From an uncultured Prevotella sp. (GTDB lineage Bacteria; Bacteroidota; Bacteroidia; Bacteroidales; Bacteroidaceae), in the NCBI GenBank assembly GCA_900553965.1, contig USFX01000001.1, positions 1 through 36,913 of the forward strand: DNA of 36,913 bases, given 5' to 3'. Numbering within the stretch: the stretch's first letter is position 1; every line of letters begins with the position of its first letter. Both the position numbers and the translations under genes were made by a program. Below are positions 20,248-29,241 of this stretch, piece by piece. The notes beneath the pieces were generated by a model. That model did not search any database. It was given only the letters and a program-made list of their open reading frames with translations, and was not told the DNA's origin.

Positions 20248-20795
20248 GGCCTCCTCTGACCTTTATCCTTACAAAACCGCATCATCCAAAATCTCCGTTT
20301 TAGCTCATTTTTTGGGCATTTGAATCCCCGTAAGGCCCTTACGGCAACCGCCCGTCATGCGCCAACCCTTCGGTTTTTGCCCCGTCATGATGCAGTAAGG
20401 CCCTTACGGCTTTTCCAGAACACAAATTTCCATCATTTCCGAGCCCCTGCTTTTGTCCTGAAAAGCTACCGTTTCCGTGCAATAAGGCCCTCCCGGGGTC
20501 ACGACGGGGCCGCTCTTGTGATGCAACGGCGGCCCCGTTGCAATGCCGTAAGGCCCTCCCCGCAACCCCGTAAGGCCCTTACGGCAAGCCCGTCGCGGCT
20601 CTCCGGCAAAACAGCGGAATTGCCCCTGTCCGTAAACCGCTATGAGTAAGGATATTACAAAAGCTGTAAAAATATCCTCACGGAGACCCCTAAAATTTGA
20701 TACGCTCATGCTTGTGATATTTGAGGCCGCCTCTGCAATTTTTTTTAAAGTCCCCATTCTCGTCGGCCTTAAATTCAGAATTTTGCTTACGTACG
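20248..20795 (+). repeat. About 550-bp dispersed non-coding element, copy B
   Basis: Inverted homolog of 9041-9590, with several ccgtaagg-c-ccttacgg palindromes and 22-bp periodicity. Confidence 0.88.
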
Positions 20796-20930
20796 TTTCA
20801 ACGTCCAGCCACAGAAACATTCACAGCCGTTTGGAATCCGCTACAGCATGAAAGCATAAAACCTTGTCATGATTATCATGTGTAAGGTGTCGTTATATGG
20901 AGAAGTGTAAGAGCGGATTTATCTTGAAAT

Positions 20931-20994
20931 CTTGGAAAAGCGGCAAAATCGGCTATAAATTCCTTGGAAAAGCGGCAGAAATGTATTACTTTTG
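20931..20994 (+). promoter_or_regulatory. Promoter-like element with a 15-bp direct repeat
   Basis: cttggaaaagcggca at 20931-20945 and 20963-20977, followed by TACTTTTG at 20987-20994. Confidence 0.55.
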
Positions 20995-21198
20995 GAATGG
21001 ATGAAGCGATGAACTGCCTGTCATTCCGATATTTAGAACAAAATGAGGAGCTTATGTTAAAAGGGAGATTGATGGTTGTATATATTATAGTCAAATAGAA
21101 ATATATTGCAAGTTCACTGTATCGTACATTATCAAAGTATCAATCATACATATAATATGATTTTTGCAAATCCATTTTGGTTGGCTATAATGTGTGTG

Positions 21199-21240
21199 CT
21201 TTCAACTTTATTTCAACTTTCAATCTTCAACTTTCAACCT
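21199..21240. repeat. Degenerate ctttcaa heptamer run
   Basis: About four ctttcaa/tcttcaa units upstream of the mazG promoter. Confidence 0.6.
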
Positions 21241-21278
21241 TTTTCCGGCGTTATTGGCGTTATGAGAAAATAAATCAT

Positions 21279-21286
21279 TATCTTTG
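21279..21286 (+). promoter_or_regulatory. -7 promoter element for mazG operon
   Basis: TATCTTTG about 20 nt upstream of ATG 21306. Confidence 0.65.
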
Positions 21287-21305
21287 CAATGATTAAACAC
21301 AGAAT

Positions 21306-22166
21306 ATGCACACGAAAGAAGAAAAAATGGAAGCGTTCGGGCGTCTGCTCGATGTGCTTGACGAGTTGCGGGAGAAGTGTCCGTGGGACCGGAAGCAGAC
21401 CAACGAGAGTCTGAGACCCAACACGATTGAGGAGGTCTACGAACTGTGTGACGCCCTGATGAAGAACGACCGTGACGATATATGCAAGGAGCTTGGAGAC
21501 GTTCTGCTCCATATCTGTTTCTATGCGAAGATAGGGTCGGAGAAAGGACAGTTTGACATAGCCGACGTTTGCTGGAAGCTGACCGACAAGCTCATCTTCC
21601 GTCATCCGCATGTCTATCATCCGTCGCAGGTCGGAGCAAAAGACCCGAAGCCGCTGCCGTACGGCGAGGACGGCGGGGACGACGGCATGGCGAAGGCAAG
21701 CACGGCACAGCAGGTCATTGAGAACTGGGAGCAGATAAAGCTGAAGGAGAAGGACGGAAACAAGAGTGTGCTGGCCGGAGTGCCAGACGCTCTGCCCGCG
21801 CTGATAAAGGCCTACCGCGTTCAGGACAAGGCGCGCAATGTCGGTTTCGACTGGGAGGACAAGCATGACGTCTGGGCGAAGGTCCGCGAGGAGCTTGGCG
21901 AGCTGGAGGCGGAACTGCGCCGGGAGGACAAGGAACGTTCGATGGAGGAGTTCGGCGATTTTCTCTTCAGCGTGATAAATGCCGGCCGGCTTTATCATCT
22001 CAATCCCGACACGGCGCTGGAGAAGACAAACCGCAAGTTCATCCGTCGCTTCAACTACATCGAGGAGCACAGCATAAAGATGGGCCGCCAGCTGAAGGAT
22101 ATGACCCTCGGAGAGATGGACGAGCTTTGGAATGAGGCCAAGGCTGCGGAAAGAGAAACGGAGTGA
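21306..22166 (+). CDS. mazG: Nucleoside triphosphate pyrophosphohydrolase
   Basis: CPWDRKQT, EEVYE, ELGDVLL, KLIFRHPHV and EEFGDFLFS; tandem MazG domains. Confidence 0.95.
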   Translation: MHTKEEKMEAFGRLLDVLDELREKCPWDRKQTNESLRPNTIEEVYELCDALMKNDRDDICKELGDVLLHICFYAKIGSEKGQFDIADVCWKLTDKLIFRHPHVYHPSQVGAKDPKPLPYGEDGGDDGMAKASTAQQVIENWEQIKLKEKDGNKSVLAGVPDALPALIKAYRVQDKARNVGFDWEDKHDVWAKVREELGELEAELRREDKERSMEEFGDFLFSVINAGRLYHLNPDTALEKTNRKFIRRFNYIEEHSIKMGRQLKDMTLGEMDELWNEAKAAERETE

Positions 22167-22187
22167 CACATTATTATATATACAGTT

Positions 22188-22787
22188 ATGAAGAAATTGG
22201 AACTGGCCGGAATCGTGGCCGTCTGCGGATTGACGGCTGCCTGCGGCAATAAGGCTCAACAGGTCGCACCCACGGGCGGTGCCGACACGACGGAAGTGGT
22301 GGTCAATCAGAACCGGACGGTGTTCGGCATCTGCGGTGACGGTTCGGCCATGAACACGCTCCAGCTCATCACCGACAGCGGCGATACGCTGTCGCTCGGC
22401 GTCTCGGAGGCACGCGAGAACGGCAAGGTGTTCGGCGGATATGGCAGCGGCGACAAGATGGCCGTGCTCGTCAATGCCGACAAGACCGAGGCTGAGCTGG
22501 TCATCAACGAGAGCACACTGCTCGGCAATTGGGTCATGCCGAACCCGATAGACGGCAGTTCCATTGTCGGAATAGCCCTGAAGGACGGCGGCATCGCGGA
22601 GAGCATCGACCAGAGCACGATAGTCTACAGGACATGGAAGATTGTCGACGGACGCATCGAGATACAGTTGATGCGTGAGGGTGGCGGTGACGAGGAGGAA
22701 ACGAATGTCTATGACCTCGTGAAGCTGGATGCCGATTCGCTGATTTACAAGAACGAGGAAGACTTGTTCGAGTACGGCCGGCAGTGA
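22188..22787 (+). CDS. Lipoprotein with lipocalin-like domain
   Basis: Lipobox LTAAC; LLGNW and GGIAESID..YRTWK motifs. Confidence 0.7.
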   Translation: MKKLELAGIVAVCGLTAACGNKAQQVAPTGGADTTEVVVNQNRTVFGICGDGSAMNTLQLITDSGDTLSLGVSEARENGKVFGGYGSGDKMAVLVNADKTEAELVINESTLLGNWVMPNPIDGSSIVGIALKDGGIAESIDQSTIVYRTWKIVDGRIEIQLMREGGGDEEETNVYDLVKLDADSLIYKNEEDLFEYGRQ

Positions 22788-22842
22788 TTTTAAGAGAGTT
22801 ATTCATATTCGGAGACGTTTGAAATAAGACCGATAGGATAGG

Positions 22843-23757
22843 GTGGAACCGTTCAGAATACATATTTTGGGTTGCGGCAGCGCCTTGCCGACGCTCCGTC
22901 ATTATGCCTCGTCGCAGGTAGTGGAGATACGTGAGAAGATGTTCATGATTGACTGCGGCGAGGGGACGCAGATGCAGCTGCGCCGTTCCCGCCTTCATTT
23001 CATGAGGATAAGCCACGTGTTTATCTCCCATCTTCATGGCGATCACTGCTTCGGACTGATAGGAATGATCTCGACTTTCGGCATGCTGGGGCGCACAGCG
23101 CCGCTTCATGTCTTTGCGGATAAGGCGTTGGACGGCATGCTCCGGTCGCAGCTGGACATGTTCTGCCAGGGGCTTGAGTTCGAGGTCGTCTTCCATCCGA
23201 TAGACACTGAGGTTGTCAGCGTCGTCTATGAGGACCGCAGTCTGACCGTCACGACCATACCGCTGTCCCACCGTGTGCCTTGTTGCGGTTTCTTGTTCCG
23301 CGAGAAGCCGACACAGCCGCATATCCGCCGCGACATGATTGACATGTACGGCATACCCGTCAGCCAGATCAATAACATCAAGAGCGGGCAGGACTGGGTT
23401 ACTCCTGACGGTGACGTCATTCCCAACAGCCGGCTGACGGTTCCGTCGGAGGAGGCGCGGAGCTACGCCTATTGCAGCGATACGCGCTACATCCCGAAGC
23501 TCCATGAACTTGTCAAAGGCGTGTCGGCGCTCTATCATGAGAGCACCTACGGCTCAGACAACGCCGAACGCGCCCGCAAGTACTGGCATTCGACAGCCTC
23601 GGAGGCGGCCCGTGTGGCTCACGACGCTGGTGTCGGTAAACTCATTCTCGGTCACTATTCGGCGCGCTACGACAGCGAAGACGCATTGCTCGAAGAGGCC
23701 CGCCGGATATTCCCGGACACCGTTCTTGCGGAGGAAATGGCCGTTATAAACGTTTAA
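22843..23757 (+). CDS. rnz: Ribonuclease Z
   Basis: ILGCGSALP, DCGEGTQ, SHLHGDH, AYCSDT, YHESTY and LGHYSARY; GTG start. Confidence 0.95.
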   Translation: MEPFRIHILGCGSALPTLRHYASSQVVEIREKMFMIDCGEGTQMQLRRSRLHFMRISHVFISHLHGDHCFGLIGMISTFGMLGRTAPLHVFADKALDGMLRSQLDMFCQGLEFEVVFHPIDTEVVSVVYEDRSLTVTTIPLSHRVPCCGFLFREKPTQPHIRRDMIDMYGIPVSQINNIKSGQDWVTPDGDVIPNSRLTVPSEEARSYAYCSDTRYIPKLHELVKGVSALYHESTYGSDNAERARKYWHSTASEAARVAHDAGVGKLILGHYSARYDSEDALLEEARRIFPDTVLAEEMAVINV

Positions 23758-23814
23758 ATGGCATTATTATTGTATTTTTTCCACGGAAAACTTTGTCATT
23801 TCGCAATAAAACCG

Positions 23815-23822
23815 TATATTTG
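23815..23822 (+). promoter_or_regulatory. Promoter of the CTD-LDT-ECF operon
   Basis: TATATTTG with TTTG at 23792-23795 (19-nt spacing). Confidence 0.7.
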
Positions 23823-23844
23823 CAGAAACAAAAAAAGGATATAC

Positions 23845-24159
23845 ATGGCTAAAAATCTACTCATATCAGCGATTGTCATCGCATTCACGTTGCTTCCCGT
23901 CTCATCCGCAACAGCGACCGGGATGGAGATGACGGCGATGGAACAGATTGATGAGCCCAACATAAACATAACGGTGAATCAGTCTACCCTGCATGTTACG
24001 GGAGCCGCAGGTATGGTCCTTGAAGTAGTCTCACTGACAGGAAAACCCGTTGCTTCGGTCAAGATAGAGAGCCCGGCTCAGCGTGTTGAACTTAATATAC
24101 CACGAGGTTGTTATATTCTGAAGATCGGCAAGGTCGTAAGAAAGGTTTCTATCCGCTGA
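23845..24159 (+). CDS. Small secreted protein consisting of a T9SS type A sorting (CTD)-like domain
   Basis: Signal peptide, then LEVVSLTGKPV...LNIPRGCYILKIGKVVRKVSIR, a typical CTD tail. Start moved to MAKNLL, downstream of the promoter. Confidence 0.75.
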   Translation: MAKNLLISAIVIAFTLLPVSSATATGMEMTAMEQIDEPNINITVNQSTLHVTGAAGMVLEVVSLTGKPVASVKIESPAQRVELNIPRGCYILKIGKVVRKVSIR

Positions 24160-25700
24160 TATTTGCAGGCTTGTTGTCGCTGCTGACACTTGCCGGATGC
24201 GACGACAATTCTTTTGATTCCCGCATAAGCAGTATGACGGTGGAGGCGTTCTCGGATTTGAGAACGGCTTCATACGTTTTGGATGCCGGTAAGATAAGAG
24301 ATAATATAGAGGCGCTTTGTCTGGCCGATGGTGACAGAACGCTCTCCGGACGGTATCTCCGCGAATATTATCTCACAGACAAAGGACATTTTATTTGGAT
24401 TGACAGGTTGGGGGCGGACGGCCGTTCAGACACGCTGTTGGCGTATGTCTCACGGGTTGGTGAGATGGGATTTGCGTCGTCGGTGTTCGGTGACAGTGCG
24501 ATTGCAGCCGATCTCAGGCGTATCCGCAGTCTTGATTTCGACGATGCGGAGAACGGCATCAACAAGGTTGCTGCCCGTCTTGAATACCGTCTGACAAGGG
24601 CTTTCCTGAAATACTCCTCGGGCCAGCGGTTCGGATTTGTCAATCCACAGTATCTGCTGAACCGTCTCGACACTCTCGAAAACTCTCCGGCGGCTGCTCC
24701 GGCTTACCGCTGTCTTTTCGATATACCAATCGAACGTCCCGACAATTCTTTCTTTTCTGACGCCTTGCGCCGGGGCTCCGCAGACTCCGTCGGCTCTTTC
24801 CTTGCCGGCGTTCAGCCTCGTGACACGCTCTATTACAGGCTTCAGCGTGAACTGAAGGCGGCCGGAGATGAGGCTTACCGCAAGAAGATAATATGCAACA
24901 TGGAGCGTTGCCGCTGGCGGGAGAAAGACGGGTCGGACGGTAACGGCAAGCGTGTCGTCGTCAACATACCCGCATACCATCTGTACGCATTCGCCGGTGA
25001 CAGTGTCTTGGACATGAAGGTGGGCTGCGGGACGCGTAAGACGAAGACACCGTTGCTGACGAGTGAGATAGAGCGGATGGAAGTCAATCCGGTGTGGAAC
25101 ATCCCGGTGAGCATCATCCGCAACGAAGTGTCGATGCACGCCGGTGATCCTGACTATTTCGAGCGCAACCGCTATTACATCGTTCACCGTGAGTCCGGCG
25201 AGCACGTGTCTCCCGAGGACGTCACGGCGGCGATGCTCAAGAGCGGCAACTACCGTGTCGCTCAGGAGGGTGGGGAAGGAAACTCGCTTGGACGCATAGT
25301 CTTCCGGTTTGCCAACAACTTCTCCGTGTTCCTTCATGACACGTCTTCGAGGGCTTTCTTTGGCCGCAGCAACCGCGGCGTCTCCCATGGTTGCGTGCGC
25401 GTGGAGCGTCCGTTTGATTTGGCGCTGTTCCTTCTTGACGACCCTGACGAGTGGCTTCTTGACCGTCTGCGCATATCCATGGACATACCTCCTGTCACTC
25501 CGCGCGGAATTAAATATGTCGCCGATGAGGACAGCAACCGCAAGCTGGTCAGCTCGTTGCTGGTCAAGCCTCATGTCCCTTTGACAATAACCTACTATAC
25601 GATATATCTGGACCCGCTGACAGGACGGCTTGCCGCCTACTCAGATGTATATGGTTATGACGACGTCATATATGAGGATGTTAAACCTTTCCTGGAATAA
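24108..25700 (+). CDS. L,D-transpeptidase (YkuD family, YcbB/LdtD-like), lipoprotein
   Basis: Lipobox LAGC, NMERCRW, VVVNIPAY, NPVWNIP and catalytic FLHDT...SHGCVRV. The TTG start overlaps the upstream gene and is uncertain. Confidence 0.9.
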   Translation: MLYSEDRQGRKKGFYPLIFAGLLSLLTLAGCDDNSFDSRISSMTVEAFSDLRTASYVLDAGKIRDNIEALCLADGDRTLSGRYLREYYLTDKGHFIWIDRLGADGRSDTLLAYVSRVGEMGFASSVFGDSAIAADLRRIRSLDFDDAENGINKVAARLEYRLTRAFLKYSSGQRFGFVNPQYLLNRLDTLENSPAAAPAYRCLFDIPIERPDNSFFSDALRRGSADSVGSFLAGVQPRDTLYYRLQRELKAAGDEAYRKKIICNMERCRWREKDGSDGNGKRVVVNIPAYHLYAFAGDSVLDMKVGCGTRKTKTPLLTSEIERMEVNPVWNIPVSIIRNEVSMHAGDPDYFERNRYYIVHRESGEHVSPEDVTAAMLKSGNYRVAQEGGEGNSLGRIVFRFANNFSVFLHDTSSRAFFGRSNRGVSHGCVRVERPFDLALFLLDDPDEWLLDRLRISMDIPPVTPRGIKYVADEDSNRKLVSSLLVKPHVPLTITYYTIYLDPLTGRLAAYSDVYGYDDVIYEDVKPFLE

Positions 25701-25709
25701 ACCGTCATA

Positions 25710-26267
25710 ATGAGAGTGGAACAGTATGACGAGAAGAAGATTGCGGCCCAGCTGCTTTGTCCGGAGACCAGACACAAGGCCTTCGAGACGGTTGTGCGTC
25801 AATACAGTGAGCAGCTGTATTGGCAGGTCCGCCGTATCGTTCTGACTCACGAAGACTCCAATGATGTCCTTCAGAATGTTTTCATAAAGGCGTGGAGCCA
25901 TCTCGATTCGTTCCGCAATGATTCCAAACTTTCCACGTGGTTATATCGCATAGCAATCAATGAGAGCCTCGATTTCATGCGCCGTAGCAAGAACCAGTCT
26001 TCCGTAAGTGCCGATGCCGAGGATTCCGGCGTTGCCCAGATGCTGTTGGCAGATGAATATTTCGACGGCAATGAGACAGAGGCAATGCTGCAGGAAGCCA
26101 TTTCCAGACTGCCCGATGTTCAGCGCACGGTGTTCAATCTGCGGTATTTTGACGATATGAAATACAGTGAGATGAGCAGGATTCTGAAAACATCGGAAGG
26201 CGCTCTGAAGGCTTCATACCATATTGCAGTGAAAAAAATATCTGAATATTTTAGGTCACACGATTAA
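25710..26267 (+). CDS. ECF RNA polymerase sigma-70 factor
   Basis: Region 2 DVLQNVFIKAW..FRNDSKLSTWLYRIAIN; region 4 LPDVQRTVFNLRYF..KYSEMS. Confidence 0.93.
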   Translation: MRVEQYDEKKIAAQLLCPETRHKAFETVVRQYSEQLYWQVRRIVLTHEDSNDVLQNVFIKAWSHLDSFRNDSKLSTWLYRIAINESLDFMRRSKNQSSVSADAEDSGVAQMLLADEYFDGNETEAMLQEAISRLPDVQRTVFNLRYFDDMKYSEMSRILKTSEGALKASYHIAVKKISEYFRSHD

Positions 26268-26309
26268 ACTTTCATTAACTTCAGGCGTCAGATAAGCAAA
26301 AGAACAAAT

Positions 26310-26687
26310 ATGAAGAACGAAGAAGGATATATCAGGAGCAAGGCCGGTGGACGGACGCCGTTCCGTGTGCCGGACGGATATTTCGACAGCTTCACATCCA
26401 TGATGATGGACAGACTGCCGTCTCAGGAAGAAGTAAAAGTCGTTCCTATGCGTCGTCGGCGTATGACGGTATCAAGGACGATAGTCTCTGCGGCCGCTTG
26501 TTTCTGTGTCGCTGTGTTCGGACTGACATTATATTATGGTAAGTCATTATCCGAAAAACAACCTCAACCCAGTGAGACGATAGTGTCAAGCTACCACAAG
26601 TCGACCGCAGATACATACGAAGATGAGGTTGTTGACTATGCTATGATGGACAATATGGACATCTACGCCTATCTTGCAAGTGAATAA
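26310..26687 (+). CDS. Putative anti-sigma membrane protein
   Basis: PFRVPDGYFD motif and a single TM helix, immediately downstream of the ECF sigma. Confidence 0.65.
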   Translation: MKNEEGYIRSKAGGRTPFRVPDGYFDSFTSMMMDRLPSQEEVKVVPMRRRRMTVSRTIVSAAACFCVAVFGLTLYYGKSLSEKQPQPSETIVSSYHKSTADTYEDEVVDYAMMDNMDIYAYLASE

Positions 26688-26708
26688 AGAGATAATGGGA
26701 GGGAAAAT

Positions 26709-27155
26709 ATGAGGAGATATTCAATGGTCCTTCTGTGTCTGTTCGCTATTGTTACGCTGAAGGCACAGGATTCCGGTAAAAAGTTCTCGCCGAAGAAGTT
26801 TAAGGAGGATATGGAGTGTTTTATCACAAAGGACGCCTGTCTGACGCAAAAGGAAGCGGCAAAATTCTTTCCGCTTTATGATGAGATGAAACAGAAGTCG
26901 CGCGTGATATTCGACCGTATGAGGCAGTTGGGCAAGAACAAACCGGCAGACGAAGCCGGATGTCGCGACGTGATAAGAAAGCGTGACAAACTGGATCTCG
27001 AACTGAAGAAGATACAGCAGACTTATCACGAGAAGTTTCTCACGGTGATTCCGGCAAGCAAACTCTTCGACGTTATAAAGGCAGAGGAGAAGTTTCACCG
27101 CCGCATGCTGAGGAAAGCAAATGGCGACAACACGCAGCAGAAAAAGAAAAAATGA
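26709..27155 (+). CDS. Secreted helical protein, Spy/CpxP-like
   Basis: Signal peptide ending LKA-Q; LTQKEAAKFFPLY motif; highly charged and helical. Confidence 0.65.
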   Translation: MRRYSMVLLCLFAIVTLKAQDSGKKFSPKKFKEDMECFITKDACLTQKEAAKFFPLYDEMKQKSRVIFDRMRQLGKNKPADEAGCRDVIRKRDKLDLELKKIQQTYHEKFLTVIPASKLFDVIKAEEKFHRRMLRKANGDNTQQKKKK

Positions 27156-27240
27156 TTCTACGTCAGGCTGGTGTGCAGGAGCGTTTCTTACTATTGTAGA
27201 ACCATCCGGCCGCAACGATTCGGAATAAAGAAATAAAAAT

Positions 27241-27290
27241 AAAGACACTCAAGTCAGAAAGTCAGTGCGGACTCTGTCTTGAGTGTCTTT
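27241..27290. terminator. Intrinsic terminator at left edge of AT-rich island
   Basis: aaagacactcaag (27241-27253) pairs with cttgagtgtcttt (27278-27290), followed by T-rich sequence. Confidence 0.75.
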
Positions 27291-27420
27291 TGTTTATTTA
27301 TAGATTCGTTTTTTTATATAACGATTGTCTTGTTCTTAAATCCTTGATTTTAATTTCTGTATTTTTTTCATTATGTCATAAAATAAGTCTGCTTTTCTTT
27401 TGCTTTAAGAAAATATTTCG

Positions 27421-27428
27421 TACTTTTG
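27421..27428 (+). promoter_or_regulatory. Promoter of the island operon
   Basis: TACTTTTG with TTTG at 27399-27402. Confidence 0.6.
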
Positions 27429-27506
27429 TAACAGTTTATTAATCCATGAGGATATAACAAATGTGGCAATCATGCCTATATTATTAACATTGATAATCTG
27501 TGAATT

Positions 27507-28550
27507 ATGAAAATAAATAGAAGCATTGTATTAAGTCTATTCTGTCTTATATGTAGTCAACAAAGAATAATAGCGCAAGAGAAGAATATAACAGAATATT
27601 ATGATCAGGCATTTGAGGCAATGGTCGACATGCTGGAAAACAAACAGCCTTTGTCTATTCGTAAGGCTGTCTTTATGGCTGAATGGGCATATCTTGATGG
27701 TGAATTGGATTATGAAAAAGATTTTTGTGAACCTATCCGGAATGGAGCGGATTATGTGAAACGTATGATAGCTGTCAATAACTGGGAGAAATATAAGACA
27801 GCCAAACAGATTGCATTGTGCAATTTCTTCTTTTACCCTTGCTATGGGAACAGTCATAAGCCATTTGAATATGATTTTGAAAATGAATACCCTGAAGATG
27901 ATTGGCATTATCAACTTGTAAGTCGAACAATTAAGACGCATAAAGGACGATGTCATTCATTGCCATGGGCTTTTAAGTTATACGCAGAGGAACTTGGTGC
28001 AAAAGTGTTCCTAACTCATGCTCCACGTCATTGCTTTATAACATATCAAGATGAAGACAATCTCTTTCCCGAAGACTGGGTTAATGTAGAATTAACGGCG
28101 CACCAATATCAGCCGACATTGGGCATAAAAGATCATTTTGCTATTTCTGATTCCGCAATAACAGTCGGCACATATTTGACACCAATTACCGATATTCAGA
28201 CAGTTGCCTGTCAGTTATCAGACTTAGCTTTTGGCTACTATCAGAAATATAAGCATTATGATAGTTTTACTCTAAAATGCACTGATATTTCTCTTAAATA
28301 TTATCCGATGAATCCAAATGCCATTATCATAAAGATGAAGTCATTGGATACACTTTTGAAGCACCATCTTGAACTTAACGGCCATTTGCGAGATGCATAT
28401 ACTGACACTAATGATTTCTTATATAGGCAATGTGCCATGGCCTTACTGGCGACTCATTGGACACATGACACAGAAGAACTACGGCAGAAATGGAGACAAA
28501 GTCCAGAAGAAATAGAGAGAATAAAAAAGAATGTACAAATTATTAAATAA
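27507..28550 (+). CDS. Secreted transglutaminase/papain-like protein (SirB1/Transglut_core2-like)
   Basis: Signal peptide ending IIA-Q; KGRCHSLP (C149), APRHCFI (H175) and WVNVELT (E195) in triad order; TPR-like helices near the C-terminus. Confidence 0.7.
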   Translation: MKINRSIVLSLFCLICSQQRIIAQEKNITEYYDQAFEAMVDMLENKQPLSIRKAVFMAEWAYLDGELDYEKDFCEPIRNGADYVKRMIAVNNWEKYKTAKQIALCNFFFYPCYGNSHKPFEYDFENEYPEDDWHYQLVSRTIKTHKGRCHSLPWAFKLYAEELGAKVFLTHAPRHCFITYQDEDNLFPEDWVNVELTAHQYQPTLGIKDHFAISDSAITVGTYLTPITDIQTVACQLSDLAFGYYQKYKHYDSFTLKCTDISLKYYPMNPNAIIIKMKSLDTLLKHHLELNGHLRDAYTDTNDFLYRQCAMALLATHWTHDTEELRQKWRQSPEEIERIKKNVQIIK

Positions 28551-28557
28551 AGAAACA

Positions 28558-29241
28558 ATGAGAAGATTTAAAAGAATATTGATAATGGCTGTTATGTCAC
28601 TAATGACAGTTCATGCAAATGCATGGCCGTGGTTTTCACCATATGCTTATTGTTTTAACAATCCAATAAAATTTATTGACCCGGATGGGAGAAAAGTAGT
28701 TTTGGTCTATTACAATAATAACAATAAAATAAAAACATTGACGGTTGATGGTCCTGGTATTTATCAGTATTCAAAAAATCAATTTGTCGGCGATTTTTTT
28801 AAAGCCTACAATTATAATGTAAAGAATGGTGGAGGGGAGTTTATGAAACAGGCTGTAAATGATCAGGAGCATACTTATTATTTGTATGATGCTACAGACA
28901 GAAGAGCTGTTGAAAACCAAGTAACAGAATTTAATCCACAAAATGGGAAGTCAATAATTACTTGGGAATCTCGTGTAGGTTTAAGAACTACAGAAGGAGG
29001 CCATCAATCTCCTGCTACTCGTTTGGAGCATGAGTTTTATCATGCAGTTGATAATACGAATTCGCCTTCTAAAAGAAGAGAAAAATCAAGATATGATGGA
29101 ACTCCATATGAAAGCAAGGGAGAAAAGGAGGCTATAGACGCAGAAAATAAAACAGCCATTAGAAATGGAGAAGATATTAGAAGAAATCACTATGGAACAA
29201 CTTACGAAACAATTAGTCCAATATCGACAAAAAGTAAATAA
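28558..29241 (+). CDS. Signal-peptide mini-Rhs toxin with HExxH zinc metallopeptidase (M91-like) domain
   Basis: MRRFKRILIMAVMSLMTVHANA signal, then WPWFSPYAYCFNNPIKFIDPDG (Rhs core end), then SPATRLEHEFYH...EKEAIDAEN. Confidence 0.82.
   Translation: MRRFKRILIMAVMSLMTVHANAWPWFSPYAYCFNNPIKFIDPDGRKVVLVYYNNNNKIKTLTVDGPGIYQYSKNQFVGDFFKAYNYNVKNGGGEFMKQAVNDQEHTYYLYDATDRRAVENQVTEFNPQNGKSIITWESRVGLRTTEGGHQSPATRLEHEFYHAVDNTNSPSKRREKSRYDGTPYESKGEKEAIDAENKTAIRNGEDIRRNHYGTTYETISPISTKSK

Noticed and set aside
21306..22166. mazG as part of a toxin-antitoxin or anti-phage module
   Set aside because: It is the housekeeping tandem-domain form in an operon with a lipoprotein and rnz; no mazEF-like genes are present.
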